DNA from: a virus
Lineage: Duplodnaviria > Caudoviricetes
Length of the DNA stretch: 62,310 bases
Direction: 5' to 3' (one strand)
Virus record (IMG/VR): IMGVR_UViG_3300033148_005414
Span: 1 to 62,310 of that record
In this document: piece by piece, positions 1-9,741 of the stretch
Layout: the number at the start of each line of letters is the position of its first letter
Position numbering within the stretch: the first letter of the stretch is position 1
The notes under the pieces: model-generated
The model's database searches: none
Told to the model about the DNA's origin: nothing
Seen by the model: only the letters and a program-made list of their open reading frames with translations
Translations under genes and position numbers: made by a program

Positions 1-104
1 GTGCCATCACGAGATAGCCATTTTAGCCGCTCAGTGAACACATTAATTGTATTTGCGCCACGATCCCATTGGGCGTAGTAATCTTCATTTGCTGCGTTAT
101 TATC
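1..104. repeat. Terminal overlap, left copy (identical to 62207-62310)
   Basis: Exact 104-nt match to the window end; lies inside a CDS, so it marks circular closure. Confidence 0.97.
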
Positions 105-1031
105 AACATCAATCTGTGTAAAACCTACATTTAAGTCATAAACTGTTTCAGCGCCCGCCGTGGCCACAACTAAATTCCGATTTAATGTAAGCGCATTAGT
201 TGCAATGGACAATATCTGATATTCAGACGGATCAGAAGCAACGCCAGTCATAATGAAATCACCAGCAGTAAACTGTGTTCCATCAGCAACATTTAATATG
301 GCTTGTCCCGTGCTATTAACGCCATTGACGGTTGTTGATGAGGCTGTCCGATCAATGTAAATGTCAGTTAATGCGGCGATTGTGCCGATTGCGGTTGTAT
401 TATTACCATCAAGACCTTCAACTAAAGCAAGTACATTATTGCCTCGCGCTGTGCCATTGATTTTAAATTCAGCAAAGGTATACAAATATTTCCGAGTTGT
501 ACCAACTAACCTGCGGCCATCAATATCACCGCTGTTGGCAACATCATCAACAACTTTTATTAAAAACCGGTGTGAAATACCCTGTGCATTATCGCGGTTT
601 AGTCCAGCGCTCGCTTCGCCGTCTGGGGTGCTATTCCAGTAATCATCGCTGAGTACTCCGCCATCCTGCATTATTTGAATGTTCATGCCTTCCGTGCCGT
701 AGTTTACGATACCATCCCAGATTTTCTGATCTGTGGCCGCAATTCCTTGAATGATTGAGCCGTCATATAAATGTTCAATACCGGCATCGGTAATCGTATA
801 CCCACCAATTAGGGTTACTTGATTGCCAGCTGCTTGGCTTGATGGGAGAACATCGGTTTTATCAAGCTGATCGTCGCCACTCGATGTATTGTCGTCAGCC
901 AATCCTTGCAACCACCTGTGAAGCTCGATACAGGTTGCATAAGACGCAGCGGCAACACCGTGATCTGTCCCTATGTAATCAATTACCTTTGTTGAACGTG
1001 TGACCGTCCAATCTGCTGCTACAATAGCCAT
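1..1031 (-). CDS. N-terminal part of a ~736-aa putative virion structural protein spanning the contig junction (continues at 62206..61027)
   Basis: ATG at 1031 with AAGGAG RBS. Hand translation (MAIVAADWTVTRSTKVIDYIGTDHG...) is open to base 1 and in frame with ORF 61027..62247. Confidence 0.88.
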   Translation of the reverse strand, partial: MAIVAADWTVTRSTKVIDYIGTDHGVAAASYATCIELHRWLQGLADDNTSSGDDQLDKTDVLPSSQAAGNQVTLIGGYTITDAGIEHLYDGSIIQGIAATDQKIWDGIVNYGTEGMNIQIMQDGGVLSDDYWNSTPDGEASAGLNRDNAQGISHRFLIKVVDDVANSGDIDGRRLVGTTRKYLYTFAEFKINGTARGNNVLALVEGLDGNNTTAIGTIAALTDIYIDRTASSTTVNGVNSTGQAILNVADGTQFTAGDFIMTGVASDPSEYQILSIATNALTLNRNLVVATAGAETVYDLNVGFTQIDVDNNAANEDYYAQWDRGANTINVFTERLKWLSRDG

Positions 1032-1041
1032 TATTTACTCC

Positions 1042-1332
1042 TTATCCTAAACCAAGATATGCGTTCACATTTGGGGTTGTTGAGCCAGCTATCGATGCCC
1101 TAGCCCATTTTGCGCCCGGTAAGCCAGCAAACACATAACCGCCATCCACTGTTAAATCAGACTGAGGTAGTAAAAATGGATCCGATTTATCGGCATTCAT
1201 AGAGACCTCAAGCGTTAATGTGCCAGTGCCGAAAGTTCCTGCACCGGCAAACATTTTTCCAGTACGCAAATCTTCGTTGCTAATATCAACCCATGCCGTT
1301 TGGCCATCAGCCGTTAAATTTCCTAATAACAT
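1042..1332 (-). CDS. Small Gly/Thr-rich putative virion protein
   Basis: Directly downstream of portal, same strand; GTFGTGTLTLEVS beta-rich sequence. Confidence 0.7.
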   Translation of the reverse strand: MLLGNLTADGQTAWVDISNEDLRTGKMFAGAGTFGTGTLTLEVSMNADKSDPFLLPQSDLTVDGGYVFAGLPGAKWARASIAGSTTPNVNAYLGLG

Positions 1333-1335
1333 AAT

Positions 1336-3744
1336 TTATTCCTCTTTTTCAGTTATCACAGCGCCATCAAGAAGTTTGTCTTGGCCGCGTTTAAAATCGA
1401 TTGTTTTCACTACACTTCCTGATTTATTATCAATATTTACATTAATAATTGGGGCTGGAGCTTCGAGCCGTTTAGGCCCATCTTTATTAGTTTCAGCTTC
1501 TGTTTTAGCTTCCCGTTCCAGTTTTACTTCCTCTTTGATGCGTTCAATATCAGCGTCTTTTGCTGTTTCCTCTTTCTCACGCTCAAGCTCACGGTCTAAT
1601 TCTTTTTGGGCCGATTCTTCTTCCATTAATTTAATTTTTAAATCGAACTCCATATCGAGCTTACGCTGGAATTTATCCAGTTCAAGGTCCATTTTTTCAC
1701 GAGACATCTGGCCATCAGCTTCAAGCTTTTGCTTAAACTGGTCCATTTCCATGGCTTGTTTTTCTTTCTCTATAGCGCCTTTTTGTTGAATTTCAACAAT
1801 TTTAGGGTCTTGGGGTGGCTCTTTTTTAGCTTTCTCTTGCTGACGCACCATAAAGTCTTCTTTGGTTGGGATAACGCTTCCAGTTTCCAAATCAAGTAGA
1901 TCAGCTGCGGCTCGTAATACCTCTAAACGACCTTCGACGCCCATAATGCTCATATCAACATCATTATTAGTCATATTTAAGAACTCAGCACGACGCATCT
2001 GTGTTTGCTCTTTAGTGAGTAATGCTGTCGCACCACGAGCAATAATCTTGGCGTCACCTTTAATCGACATATCTTTGTCATAAAGCATATTGTAAGTAAA
2101 GGTTTGTTCGATAGTAGGTTTAACTACTCCCATGTCGATATTTGAAATAGACATTTTAATGCCTTTGGAGGCATTATTCATTAACATAGACAGCCCAGAT
2201 GCCGTAGAGCCTGCTCCACTGACTTTTTCATTGCCGTGAGCGTAACGTGGAATGCTGGTCGCATCGTCTGCACGCTTCTCAAATTCCTCATAAACACGTA
2301 ATAATTCTTGTGCATTAGAGCGTGGCTGATAAAAACGTATAGCCTCTCGGCCTCGACCGGTTTTATCGGCTTTTGTTTGGAAAATTTTCCATGGGTAGAT
2401 TTGCTCGACAGTTTCACCGTCAGCTAGGCGATCCACTTCGACTTCTACGATTGGACCCGAAGCAATACCTAAGTTATTTGCTAGTGCTCTGGCTGTGGCA
2501 TTACACATCCGTTGATGATCTCGCATCAATTTTGGTAGTGCGATACCCCAAAAGGCACCGGGGGTCATTTGAAATGAAGCTTTATGGTAAGGCCGGCGCT
2601 GTAATGGGTCTTTATTAATTACCGCTCGGATAATATGATTACCCACTTTAATAGCGTCAATTTCGTATTCAGCTAACGGATCGTCAATCTCATCTGGATT
2701 AATCCCCCACTCTAAAAGCCATAGTCCTTGAGCAGAGCCCCAGTATTGCAAGCCATCAATGGAGCGCTGATCTTGGCGCATCCAGAACTTATCCTTACCT
2801 TCGAGTGCTGCACGCTCATAATCACGCCACAACCAGTCGCGCAATCCCCCACGGCCATAATCAGTTAGGACAGCGCGTATCGCCTCACTGTTATATCCCG
2901 GTAGGCCGATCATATTATATAAGCCGCGACGAGAATAACGGATCCGCTCAATCAGGTCGCCATCATTAATATTTGATGAGTCTGGTGATGGGTAGATATC
3001 AAAAGGCGAGACCCGAGAATAATTTAACCCAATTTCATCGGCCACGATAGGTTGCCCTTGTGGGCCCCATTTTAAACTTTTCTTTTTTTGGATAATAGGA
3101 GCTTTCATTATCGCAGCGGGGAATGTACAAAAATCTTCAATAAATTCACCTAATGCTTCATCCCAACCACCTTCCGCTAGTTGATCAGCAATTTTTGTTT
3201 CCATTTTGTCTGCTGCTTCTTTTGCCATAACCCTAATCACATTCATAGCCTCATCACGCATTTTACCTGCGCGACCTTCAATGTAAGCCTCATACCCCAT
3301 ATCAGGAGGAAGCTGTGGCATTGTTTGTTGAATACGTTGTGCAATGGATTTCATTACAAAAGGGGGTAATTCTGGCACTGGAGTAGGGGATAACCCCCAT
3401 GGGCGGTCGCCTGCAGGCATTAAGATATCTCTTATCCATGAAACAGCGGCACGAATTTTCGTCGCACTCAACATCATATATATCTCAGAGCCGCCTTGAT
3501 CCCGGATCTGCCTTAATGTTCGCGGATCATACTCACCATTGCGTTGACGCAAGCAAGCAAGGAGCTCATCCTCATGATCTTCTTTGGCCCAGCGATTCAT
3601 TTCCCATGCTTTTTGAATATGCTGAGAAAGCTGCGACTCATACAAAGTGGGGGTATGATCAACTGCTTCTGCTGCCTTTTTTTCTTTTTCAATCTCGTCG
3701 TTATTCTTAACAACGATTAAGCCGTAACCACCCATAAATATCAC
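1336..3744 (-). CDS. Portal protein with long charged coiled-coil C-terminus
   Basis: ~800 aa downstream of TerL; podovirus portal-like motifs (RVSPFDIYP, GAFWGIALP, TASGLSMLM); probable start ATG ~3732. Confidence 0.85.
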   Translation of the reverse strand: MIFMGGYGLIVVKNNDEIEKEKKAAEAVDHTPTLYESQLSQHIQKAWEMNRWAKEDHEDELLACLRQRNGEYDPRTLRQIRDQGGSEIYMMLSATKIRAAVSWIRDILMPAGDRPWGLSPTPVPELPPFVMKSIAQRIQQTMPQLPPDMGYEAYIEGRAGKMRDEAMNVIRVMAKEAADKMETKIADQLAEGGWDEALGEFIEDFCTFPAAIMKAPIIQKKKSLKWGPQGQPIVADEIGLNYSRVSPFDIYPSPDSSNINDGDLIERIRYSRRGLYNMIGLPGYNSEAIRAVLTDYGRGGLRDWLWRDYERAALEGKDKFWMRQDQRSIDGLQYWGSAQGLWLLEWGINPDEIDDPLAEYEIDAIKVGNHIIRAVINKDPLQRRPYHKASFQMTPGAFWGIALPKLMRDHQRMCNATARALANNLGIASGPIVEVEVDRLADGETVEQIYPWKIFQTKADKTGRGREAIRFYQPRSNAQELLRVYEEFEKRADDATSIPRYAHGNEKVSGAGSTASGLSMLMNNASKGIKMSISNIDMGVVKPTIEQTFTYNMLYDKDMSIKGDAKIIARGATALLTKEQTQMRRAEFLNMTNNDVDMSIMGVEGRLEVLRAAADLLDLETGSVIPTKEDFMVRQQEKAKKEPPQDPKIVEIQQKGAIEKEKQAMEMDQFKQKLEADGQMSREKMDLELDKFQRKLDMEFDLKIKLMEEESAQKELDRELEREKEETAKDADIERIKEEVKLEREAKTEAETNKDGPKRLEAPAPIINVNIDNKSGSVVKTIDFKRGQDKLLDGAVITEKEE

Positions 3745-4025
3745 CCAGAGTTATTGTCAACCACCTTTAAATCAGGCTTTTTCTTAAAATCATCAGAATC
3801 AATTATAGTTTCTTGGATATGATCTGCTAAAGCATGTAGGCCGAGAATAAAGTCTTCTGGCGGCATGCCATTCATAAATCCCATGTGAATAACTTTTGAT
3901 TTGCCGATATGCTTTCCTTCGCCGTCAACAAAAGGGGTTCCGAAAACGAAATCCATCATATAAGCGTCATCACCAGCCATATCTTGGCCGCGATTCAATT
4001 TAGCATGAACCAATTCAATACCCAT
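3741..4025 (-). CDS. Hypothetical protein
   Basis: 94-aa ORF, purine-rich RBS, coupled to portal. Confidence 0.7.
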   Translation of the reverse strand: MGIELVHAKLNRGQDMAGDDAYMMDFVFGTPFVDGEGKHIGKSKVIHMGFMNGMPPEDFILGLHALADHIQETIIDSDDFKKKPDLKVVDNNSG

Positions 4026-4041
4026 TTCTCTCTCCTCTTAA

Positions 4042-4341
4042 TTAACCGCCTTTTTGTTGTTGCTTATAAAGTCGGTCAAGCTCTCGATTAATCCTATCTT
4101 TTTCTGCTTTATCGCCAGTCCAAGACTTTCCTGCGGCATCACGCATGTTAATTTGATTTAATTGCTCGCGTAAATTCTGAATACGATAATCAATCATTTG
4201 CTGAAAACTCATTGCTATCCGAGTATCAACATAATCTTCTGTTGCGAAATAATTCATTGCCCCAGCCGTTGCGCCAGATATTGTGATAATCAAGCCAACC
4301 GCTGTTGCTAATACTTTAACTTCCATTCCGTATTTTCTCAT
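4042..4341 (-). CDS. Hypothetical protein, N-terminal TM plus coiled coil
   Basis: Hydrophobic VLATAVGLIITISG segment; operon context. Confidence 0.65.
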   Translation of the reverse strand: MRKYGMEVKVLATAVGLIITISGATAGAMNYFATEDYVDTRIAMSFQQMIDYRIQNLREQLNQINMRDAAGKSWTGDKAEKDRINRELDRLYKQQQKGG

Positions 4342-4385
4342 TAATTGATTCTATGATGATATCACTAATTTGTATAGTAGCAGGT

Positions 4386-5867
4386 TTACGCTGCCCAGCC
4401 ACCAGATTTCCGACGTTTTACTGGTCTGGCTGATACTTTTACAATTTTCATACCTTCGCGGATCATTAATACGCCATACTGAAGCGCTTCATGAACATGA
4501 GAGAAGATATTCTTTTTAGGTTGATCCTTATAGCGTTCTTCGCCAACAACCTGCACTCGCTCGTACATAAAGGCACCATTAAAGCCTTTTCGTAGATATT
4601 TGCATTTTGGGGAAATAATAAATCCGGGCTCGCCATCAATATCATTTTTTAATAAAACCTCTGCTACAGCTTCGCGTCTTGCAATTGGGTTCTGAGTTGA
4701 TGCGGGTTCTGTTGGAAACCCCTCTTCTTCAAGAATATCCATGCACGTGCTTTCATCTGTTTGTACGCCATAACCACCGGATGGATCACCCCATATCCGT
4801 ATTGTCATACCGCCATATTCATTATTGATTTTTGGCCGTAGCGCCTCACGAACAAAGCGACGTACACCCATATCTTCAGAGACTATTTCATCAAGCACTC
4901 GAACCTGCCCTGTTGGAGATAATTGGAATAAAGCAGCAGCTGGGGTGCGGCCAAAATCAAGACCGATATACAGGGTGAGCCCTCGCATAACTTCAAGCTC
5001 TTCTTCAGCACAATGAATTGAGTCAACATATTCATTGTATATTGGCTTACCATCATAAACTGTTGCGTAATCACCAAGAACATAAGACTTAATCCATTCT
5101 TGTGATTTGCCATGGACCATTTGAGTCCAGTATTTAAAGCCAAGTGGTTGATTTTCAACATTTTCAGCGTCTGGATTTGGGAGGTACATAACCTGCCCTT
5201 TTTCATCCACTGCTTTAATGAGCGCCCCGGGTTGACGAAAGAATTTGTAACCTTCAGGTTTTTCTATTTCTGCTATAGAGTACCACCAGTGATCATCATC
5301 CGGCGGGTTAGTATCAAGGATAACCCCGGTAAAGGTTAATTCGCCTTGACGTTTTGCTGGGTAACGGCCTACGCGCATAGTTACACCATCAAGAATGATT
5401 CGCGGAAGCTCCCGGGCTTCGTTGATCCACGCCATCGTTAATTCCATAGAAAGTAATTTCTTAACATCTTTTGGCCGATCTAGAGCAAGAAACCATATCT
5501 CAAATTCAAGTATCGTTCCTTCTGGGAATTTTTCTGTAGGAGGAGCAGCGCAGCGAATCGTGCCTGTTATTGGTGAACCCCAGTTCATATGACATATCGA
5601 TGCCGGGAACCAGTCTTGCCATGTTTTAATTGTTGTTGTTTTTAGTTCTGGGTAGGAGTTACGAATGGCTGCTGCACGGAAACGACGAACACCATCAAAC
5701 CCGGGGGCTTGCTGCATTGCCCTCCATACGAGCTCAAGGCAGCAAGCCACAGATTTCCCAGACCCAACAGGCCCCATAATGCCACGAACAAATTTATCAG
5801 ATCCATGGAATTTAGCTGGGGTTTTTTCAGCCTTATAGTTTATATCGAGTGCTTTTTCTTCACTCAC
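4386..5867 (-). CDS. terL: Terminase large subunit
   Basis: Walker A GPVGSGKS, Walker B-like WINEARE, nuclease motifs LDFGRTPAA and HVHEALQY. Confidence 0.95.
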   Translation of the reverse strand: MSEEKALDINYKAEKTPAKFHGSDKFVRGIMGPVGSGKSVACCLELVWRAMQQAPGFDGVRRFRAAAIRNSYPELKTTTIKTWQDWFPASICHMNWGSPITGTIRCAAPPTEKFPEGTILEFEIWFLALDRPKDVKKLLSMELTMAWINEARELPRIILDGVTMRVGRYPAKRQGELTFTGVILDTNPPDDDHWWYSIAEIEKPEGYKFFRQPGALIKAVDEKGQVMYLPNPDAENVENQPLGFKYWTQMVHGKSQEWIKSYVLGDYATVYDGKPIYNEYVDSIHCAEEELEVMRGLTLYIGLDFGRTPAAALFQLSPTGQVRVLDEIVSEDMGVRRFVREALRPKINNEYGGMTIRIWGDPSGGYGVQTDESTCMDILEEEGFPTEPASTQNPIARREAVAEVLLKNDIDGEPGFIISPKCKYLRKGFNGAFMYERVQVVGEERYKDQPKKNIFSHVHEALQYGVLMIREGMKIVKVSARPVKRRKSGGWAA

Positions 5868-6151
5868 AATAAGCCAGCCTTCAATAATGAAGACGGAGTG
5901 GCTGTGACCGTTGGGTTTGCTGTTTTCTCACAAATCACGATAGGTAATCCGTTAATGCTGTCTGTGTCGCTATTATGACAGACTTCCTCATCACCTATGG
6001 CGTTTTTTAAAACATCATAGTGACTGGCTGTCATTAAAACAAAACCGGGCTCAATATCATGATCTTGAAAACGAGTCATTTGAGCGCGTACCGCAAATAG
6101 GATTGCGCGTGCTTCGACAGGAAAATCGTAGGCTACGGCCTCCATAATCAT
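5864..6151 (-). CDS. Hypothetical protein
   Basis: GAGGAG RBS; 4-nt overlap with terL. Confidence 0.7.
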   Translation of the reverse strand: MIMEAVAYDFPVEARAILFAVRAQMTRFQDHDIEPGFVLMTASHYDVLKNAIGDEEVCHNSDTDSINGLPIVICEKTANPTVTATPSSLLKAGLL

Positions 6152-6204
6152 ATACTCCTCAATTTGTGTATATATGAGTAGTATAGAATCTGCTTATCCA
6201 CTTA

Positions 6205-6501
6205 TCAACTAATTTTATCCGCAATTTGTAAAACAACATAATATAAGGCTACAGCGATACCTGTTGTGGAAAAAGCAAAAATTAAAGGGTGGTCGTTTGT
6301 TTTGAGGTTGTCGAGGTCTTGTTTAGCTTCTTTACAGTGATCTTTATCTATTAACAATACTTCTAAAAGTTTACATCCCCAGTAAGCCCACGGATCTTTA
6401 TGGATATTCCGGGCCATACGAGAGCTAATAGTTTCTCGTCGATCCCCACCTAAAATCCAATTGGCTATTCGATCTAGCTCTAATAAAAGCTCTATTAACA
6501 T
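6205..6501 (-). CDS. Hypothetical phage protein (ETISSR / DHC motif), C-terminal TM
   Basis: ATG 6501 after GGAG; D-x4-N-x3-GG...ETISSR...DHC pattern common in phage late genes. Confidence 0.7.
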   Translation of the reverse strand: MLIELLLELDRIANWILGGDRRETISSRMARNIHKDPWAYWGCKLLEVLLIDKDHCKEAKQDLDNLKTNDHPLIFAFSTTGIAVALYYVVLQIADKIS

Positions 6502-6515
6502 ATGTTTCTCCAGTT

Positions 6516-6540
6516 TAAAATAAAGGGGCCGAAGCCCCAT
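6516..6540 (-). terminator. Intrinsic terminator
   Basis: GGGGC-TTCG-GCCCC followed by TTTATTTT on the minus strand, right after the stop at 6544. Confidence 0.75.
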
Positions 6541-6543
6541 TAT

Positions 6544-6969
6544 TTATGCTGCGAAGGTAATTGCATCCGAAATTGCAAGGCCACCCGTAGGTAGACGTAC
6601 AACAAGGTAAAAGGTTGGAGCTGTTGTTGCATTAGTAATATCGATATCGATATCACCATCTGCCTCCGAAACCAGAGTACCCGAGAGATCCGCAACTGAC
6701 TCTATTAACGCGCCATCAGTACCGATAGCGATACCTCCAGCTGGGGCAGCTGTGCTTGGGGTTAAACCCAAAGCATCGTCTGCTAAATAGAAATCAAGTG
6801 CTGCAACCTCACTCAGAGCTTTACCATTTTGGTCGTTTAGTTGTATGGCGACATTAATGACATCCGCAGCTTCTGCGCCTACAGTGAATACTACACCATA
6901 GCCTTTAACTGGGATTTCATTATCACCTAACAACAATTGACCAATACTTAGACGTTCACGCCATGACAT
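6544..6969 (-). CDS. Putative virion (decoration-like) protein
   Basis: ATG 6969 after AGGAG; acidic, Ala/Gly/Thr-rich. Confidence 0.7.
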   Translation of the reverse strand: MSWRERLSIGQLLLGDNEIPVKGYGVVFTVGAEAADVINVAIQLNDQNGKALSEVAALDFYLADDALGLTPSTAAPAGGIAIGTDGALIESVADLSGTLVSEADGDIDIDITNATTAPTFYLVVRLPTGGLAISDAITFAA

Positions 6970-7029
6970 AGCGATTCTCCTATAGTTTTGCTCACCAGCT
7001 GTCCATAGCCATATTGATAAGATTAAACA

Positions 7030-7052
7030 CAAAAGCAGGACTCAGCCTGCTT
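7030..7052 (-). terminator. Probable intrinsic terminator
   Basis: AGCAGG-CTGAGT-CCTGCT followed by TTTG after the stop at 7057. Confidence 0.55.
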
Positions 7053-7056
7053 CACT

Positions 7057-7254
7057 TTATGCTTCAGCAGCTGTGGTTGTGCCGTCTGCAACTTGCACCC
7101 AGTTGGTGCCGTTGGAAACGATTAAACCTGCAGCCCCAGCGATACCAGTAGGACACCAAACTACAACGCCAATGTTACCTGTAGCTGCAGCTGTTAGGTC
7201 AGCAAAAGCAACAATTGGATGCTCTGCGCCTAACGGTTGGTCAAATTTTCCCAT
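7057..7254 (-). CDS. Small putative virion protein
   Basis: ATG 7254 after GGAGG; SNGTNW motif typical of phage fibre/decoration domains. Confidence 0.7.
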   Translation of the reverse strand: MGKFDQPLGAEHPIVAFADLTAAATGNIGVVVWCPTGIAGAAGLIVSNGTNWVQVADGTTTAAEA

Positions 7255-7373
7255 GAGAAAATCCTCCATTACAATTAAAAAACCCTTTCGGGACCGTTAT
7301 CTCTCTACTGTAGGGTGGCCCCATCAAAAAACCCAAGAGAGAGAAGACAGGGAAATCATCAGGGGCCATAAGC

Positions 7374-7640
7374 TTACTTTATAGACTCATTGTATTTATC
7401 TATAACCTGTTCATATGTTTTAACACGTTCACGGCACATTGTCTTGCCAGTATTTAATTTTTTATATGTTTCATCAGAAAGGCAGGCAAGTTCTTGTTGC
7501 CAGACTTTAGGGTAAACTGGCTCAGCAGGACGATTGATTTTTTCCGCCTTCCCTTGGATTGGACAGGAATTGCAGCTACTCAAAACCATCGCGGTTAGAA
7601 TTGCTAGGATTACTAGCTTTATTGATTTCAGTTTGTTCAC
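7374..7640 (-). CDS. O-spanin-like lipoprotein (Rz1-like)
   Basis: Signal peptide with lipobox VLSSC, Pro-rich; overlaps the upstream TM gene in the lysis cassette. Confidence 0.7.
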   Translation of the reverse strand: MNKLKSIKLVILAILTAMVLSSCNSCPIQGKAEKINRPAEPVYPKVWQQELACLSDETYKKLNTGKTMCRERVKTYEQVIDKYNESIK

Positions 7641-7827
7641 GATTCATGCCCTCCACTACTGCTTTATTTGCGGCTTTGCCTGTTTTCCGGGCTTGGATTT
7701 CACCCTTCAACTTATCTTTTGTCCTACCAAGCTTCTCTGACTGTAAAAGAAAAGCAGTAATAGCTAAAGCTAGGGCAAGCGCCCCCATTCCCCATGTTTT
7801 TAATGTACCTAACCCCGGAATGCTCAT
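7576..7827 (-). CDS. I-spanin-like protein (Rz-like)
   Basis: N-terminal TM then charged helical region; lies between holin and lipoprotein. Confidence 0.65.
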   Translation of the reverse strand: MSIPGLGTLKTWGMGALALALAITAFLLQSEKLGRTKDKLKGEIQARKTGKAANKAVVEGMNREQTEINKASNPSNSNRDGFE

Positions 7828-8021
7828 TTCGCACCCAATGGCTTAGTTGTCACTTGACGTAAAATATAAAAGCCAACAGCAAGGATAATGTAACTTAACC
7901 CATACCATTCGCCTAAAATTCCTTTAAGCATACTAAAATTTGTCTCGAGCACGCCTAATGCGCCAACAATTACTGTCGCATCGACTGTCTTTGACCCCTG
8001 AATTATCCCGTTATATTTCAT
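7824..8021 (-). CDS. Holin
   Basis: 65 aa, two hydrophobic segments, C-terminal LRQVTTKPL typical of phage holins; near endolysin. Confidence 0.7.
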   Translation of the reverse strand: MKYNGIIQGSKTVDATVIVGALGVLETNFSMLKGILGEWYGLSYIILAVGFYILRQVTTKPLGAK

Positions 8022-8307
8022 GAATTTCTCCGTTATCTGTTATAACACCACATTCACAACACTGGATTTGACCTTTTAGAATAAAGAATAGCCTATTTCC
8101 ACAGTGACATGCCCATAATTTATTTGTAATTGGAGCAAGGTGGTGTTTGTATAACCCTTTCATGGTTTTGCAGTTGGGGCACTCCAGCTCTTTGATTCCA
8201 ACTGGCGCTACTGCTTCCCATTCCTTGTCGCATGCAGAACAAATAGCAGTTCCACTTAAATGCTGTGCTCCTGCTTCCGTATTATTTATATATATCACGC
8301 TTCCCAT
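8011..8307 (-). CDS. Cys-rich zinc-ribbon protein
   Basis: CSAC, CPNC, CHC, CCEC motifs. Confidence 0.7.
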   Translation of the reverse strand: MGSVIYINNTEAGAQHLSGTAICSACDKEWEAVAPVGIKELECPNCKTMKGLYKHHLAPITNKLWACHCGNRLFFILKGQIQCCECGVITDNGEIHEI

Positions 8308-8807
8308 GCGGCTGCACCATGATTTTTATGAAATCCATACAATACACTAGCTAACTCTCTTCGTTTTATCGCGGCTTCTTTTGTCGAAAAAGACCCTAGA
8401 TGTAGTGGCTTCCCGTTTACTTTGATGCTTGCACACCAAGCTTTTCCGTCTGTTCGCGGGAATACGCCTAATGATCCGCTAGTATTATTAGTCTGTAGAG
8501 AAGTGTTTTTGCCGTTTTCTTGGTGAGTAGCTTCTTGGATTTCGCTCCAACGATTATCATCGCGAATGTGTTTTTTGTGGTCTATTTGGTGTGATGGAAA
8601 TTCTCCAGTCATATATAACCATGCGAGCCTGTGAGCTAAATACCGTTGACCATTAACCCCAATGCGAATATATCCGTCTTTTTTGCAAGTATATCCGACT
8701 TTAGAGCCAACCATCTGGTTTCCAGCCCTAGCTATCCGAATAAAAATACCAGTCTCGGGATTATAGTGTAGCCTTTCCTTTAAAGCTTTTTGAGTTAATT
8801 CACCCAT
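8295..8807 (-). CDS. HNH endonuclease with C-terminal AP2-like domain
   Basis: YLAHRLAWLY, IDHKKHIRDDNRWSEI, NNTSG..GV, HLGSF motifs; ATG 8807 overlaps the endolysin stop. Confidence 0.88.
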   Translation of the reverse strand: MGELTQKALKERLHYNPETGIFIRIARAGNQMVGSKVGYTCKKDGYIRIGVNGQRYLAHRLAWLYMTGEFPSHQIDHKKHIRDDNRWSEIQEATHQENGKNTSLQTNNTSGSLGVFPRTDGKAWCASIKVNGKPLHLGSFSTKEAAIKRRELASVLYGFHKNHGAAAWEA

Positions 8808-9214
8808 CACCCTAATTCCACATGCGCCATATCCCACCCATAAGGGATACCGTTTATTGTTTTATTTGATGACCACAATCCACCCCATTCCAACTTATGC
8901 CCTAATATTGAAGCAGCCTGTAAGAATGCTGCAGCTACCATTGCTAAATGATCATGCTGCCAACTCGCTCCACCAACATAAGCGTAAAAATCTAACGCGT
9001 CACCTGATTGATGGTTGGATAAATGATTAACTCCATCAGCTTTAGATTTTCCGTCAGCGTATAATTTGGCTTGGTCTTCTACTGTGCGTACTCCACCGTA
9101 TTCAGGAATACCGAAGTCAACCTTTGAAATCTTAATAGCTAGATTAGCAATCTGGATTAAACAAGGATTTACGCCTATCATTCTGCTTCTTGATGTTGCG
9201 CTTAATTTAAACAT
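8807..9214 (-). CDS. Endolysin, M15 peptidase family (L-Ala-D-Glu peptidase type)
   Basis: GVRTVEDQAKLY, SNHQSGDALD, LEWGGLW, WDMAHVEL motifs. Confidence 0.92.
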   Translation of the reverse strand: MFKLSATSRSRMIGVNPCLIQIANLAIKISKVDFGIPEYGGVRTVEDQAKLYADGKSKADGVNHLSNHQSGDALDFYAYVGGASWQHDHLAMVAAAFLQAASILGHKLEWGGLWSSNKTINGIPYGWDMAHVELG

Positions 9215-9413
9215 GCTTTTCTTTTACTCCTGCCCAAAACCATCTTCCATGTTCAGAATGTAAAGGTTCTGGGTCTGTAATTAATATCGGTTTTTCACCA
9301 GTGCAGCCCGTTAGTATTTCACTTATATTATCAGGAATGTAAGTATCCCCTTTCTCTTTATTATGTAGCGCGGCACATAATATAGCCCCGTTCTTTCTAA
9401 CTCTTAACGCCAT
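9207..9413 (-). CDS. Hypothetical protein
   Basis: 68-aa ORF overlapping the endolysin start. Confidence 0.65.
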   Translation of the reverse strand: MALRVRKNGAILCAALHNKEKGDTYIPDNISEILTGCTGEKPILITDPEPLHSEHGRWFWAGVKEKHV

Positions 9414-9501
9414 TATTTTCTCACTTTATAATTTGGTGGGTTCACACGCTTACCGGGCTTGACGAACAGCTCCTCCTCATAAGCATGGATCCCATTGATA
9501 G

Positions 9502-9741
9502 TTAATCTTCCTGATCTGTGATAATTCCTGCCATTTTGGCTTGAATTAGCCTTTGTTTCTCAAACTCAAGCATCCAAAGCGCATCCTTATAAACCATATT
9601 CCCAGCTTGAGAATATTGGTTGCCATCGAGATCCCTGTAAATAATAAAGACCTCGCTAATATCATCGACATCTTCTAATAAATTAGCTAACGCTGCAGCT
9701 GGCGACCAACCTGTATTTGGTAAAGACTCAATCTTTGCCAT
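9502..9741 (-). CDS. Hypothetical protein
   Basis: 79-aa ORF in operon. Confidence 0.65.
   Translation of the reverse strand: MAKIESLPNTGWSPAAALANLLEDVDDISEVFIIYRDLDGNQYSQAGNMVYKDALWMLEFEKQRLIQAKMAGIITDQED

Noticed and set aside
1-104. Terminal repeat as a biological direct terminal repeat
   Set aside because: It falls in the middle of a CDS that reads through the join, so it is best explained as assembly circular overlap
361-5978. Numerous plus-strand ORFs opposite portal and terminase (and similar ones genome-wide)
   Set aside because: Antisense shadows of well-supported genes; Ser-rich with no RBS
7340-7368. CTGATGA on the minus strand as a fourth hammerhead
   Set aside because: No stem II/GAAA/stem III/NUH arrangement can be built; kept only as a generic structured RNA
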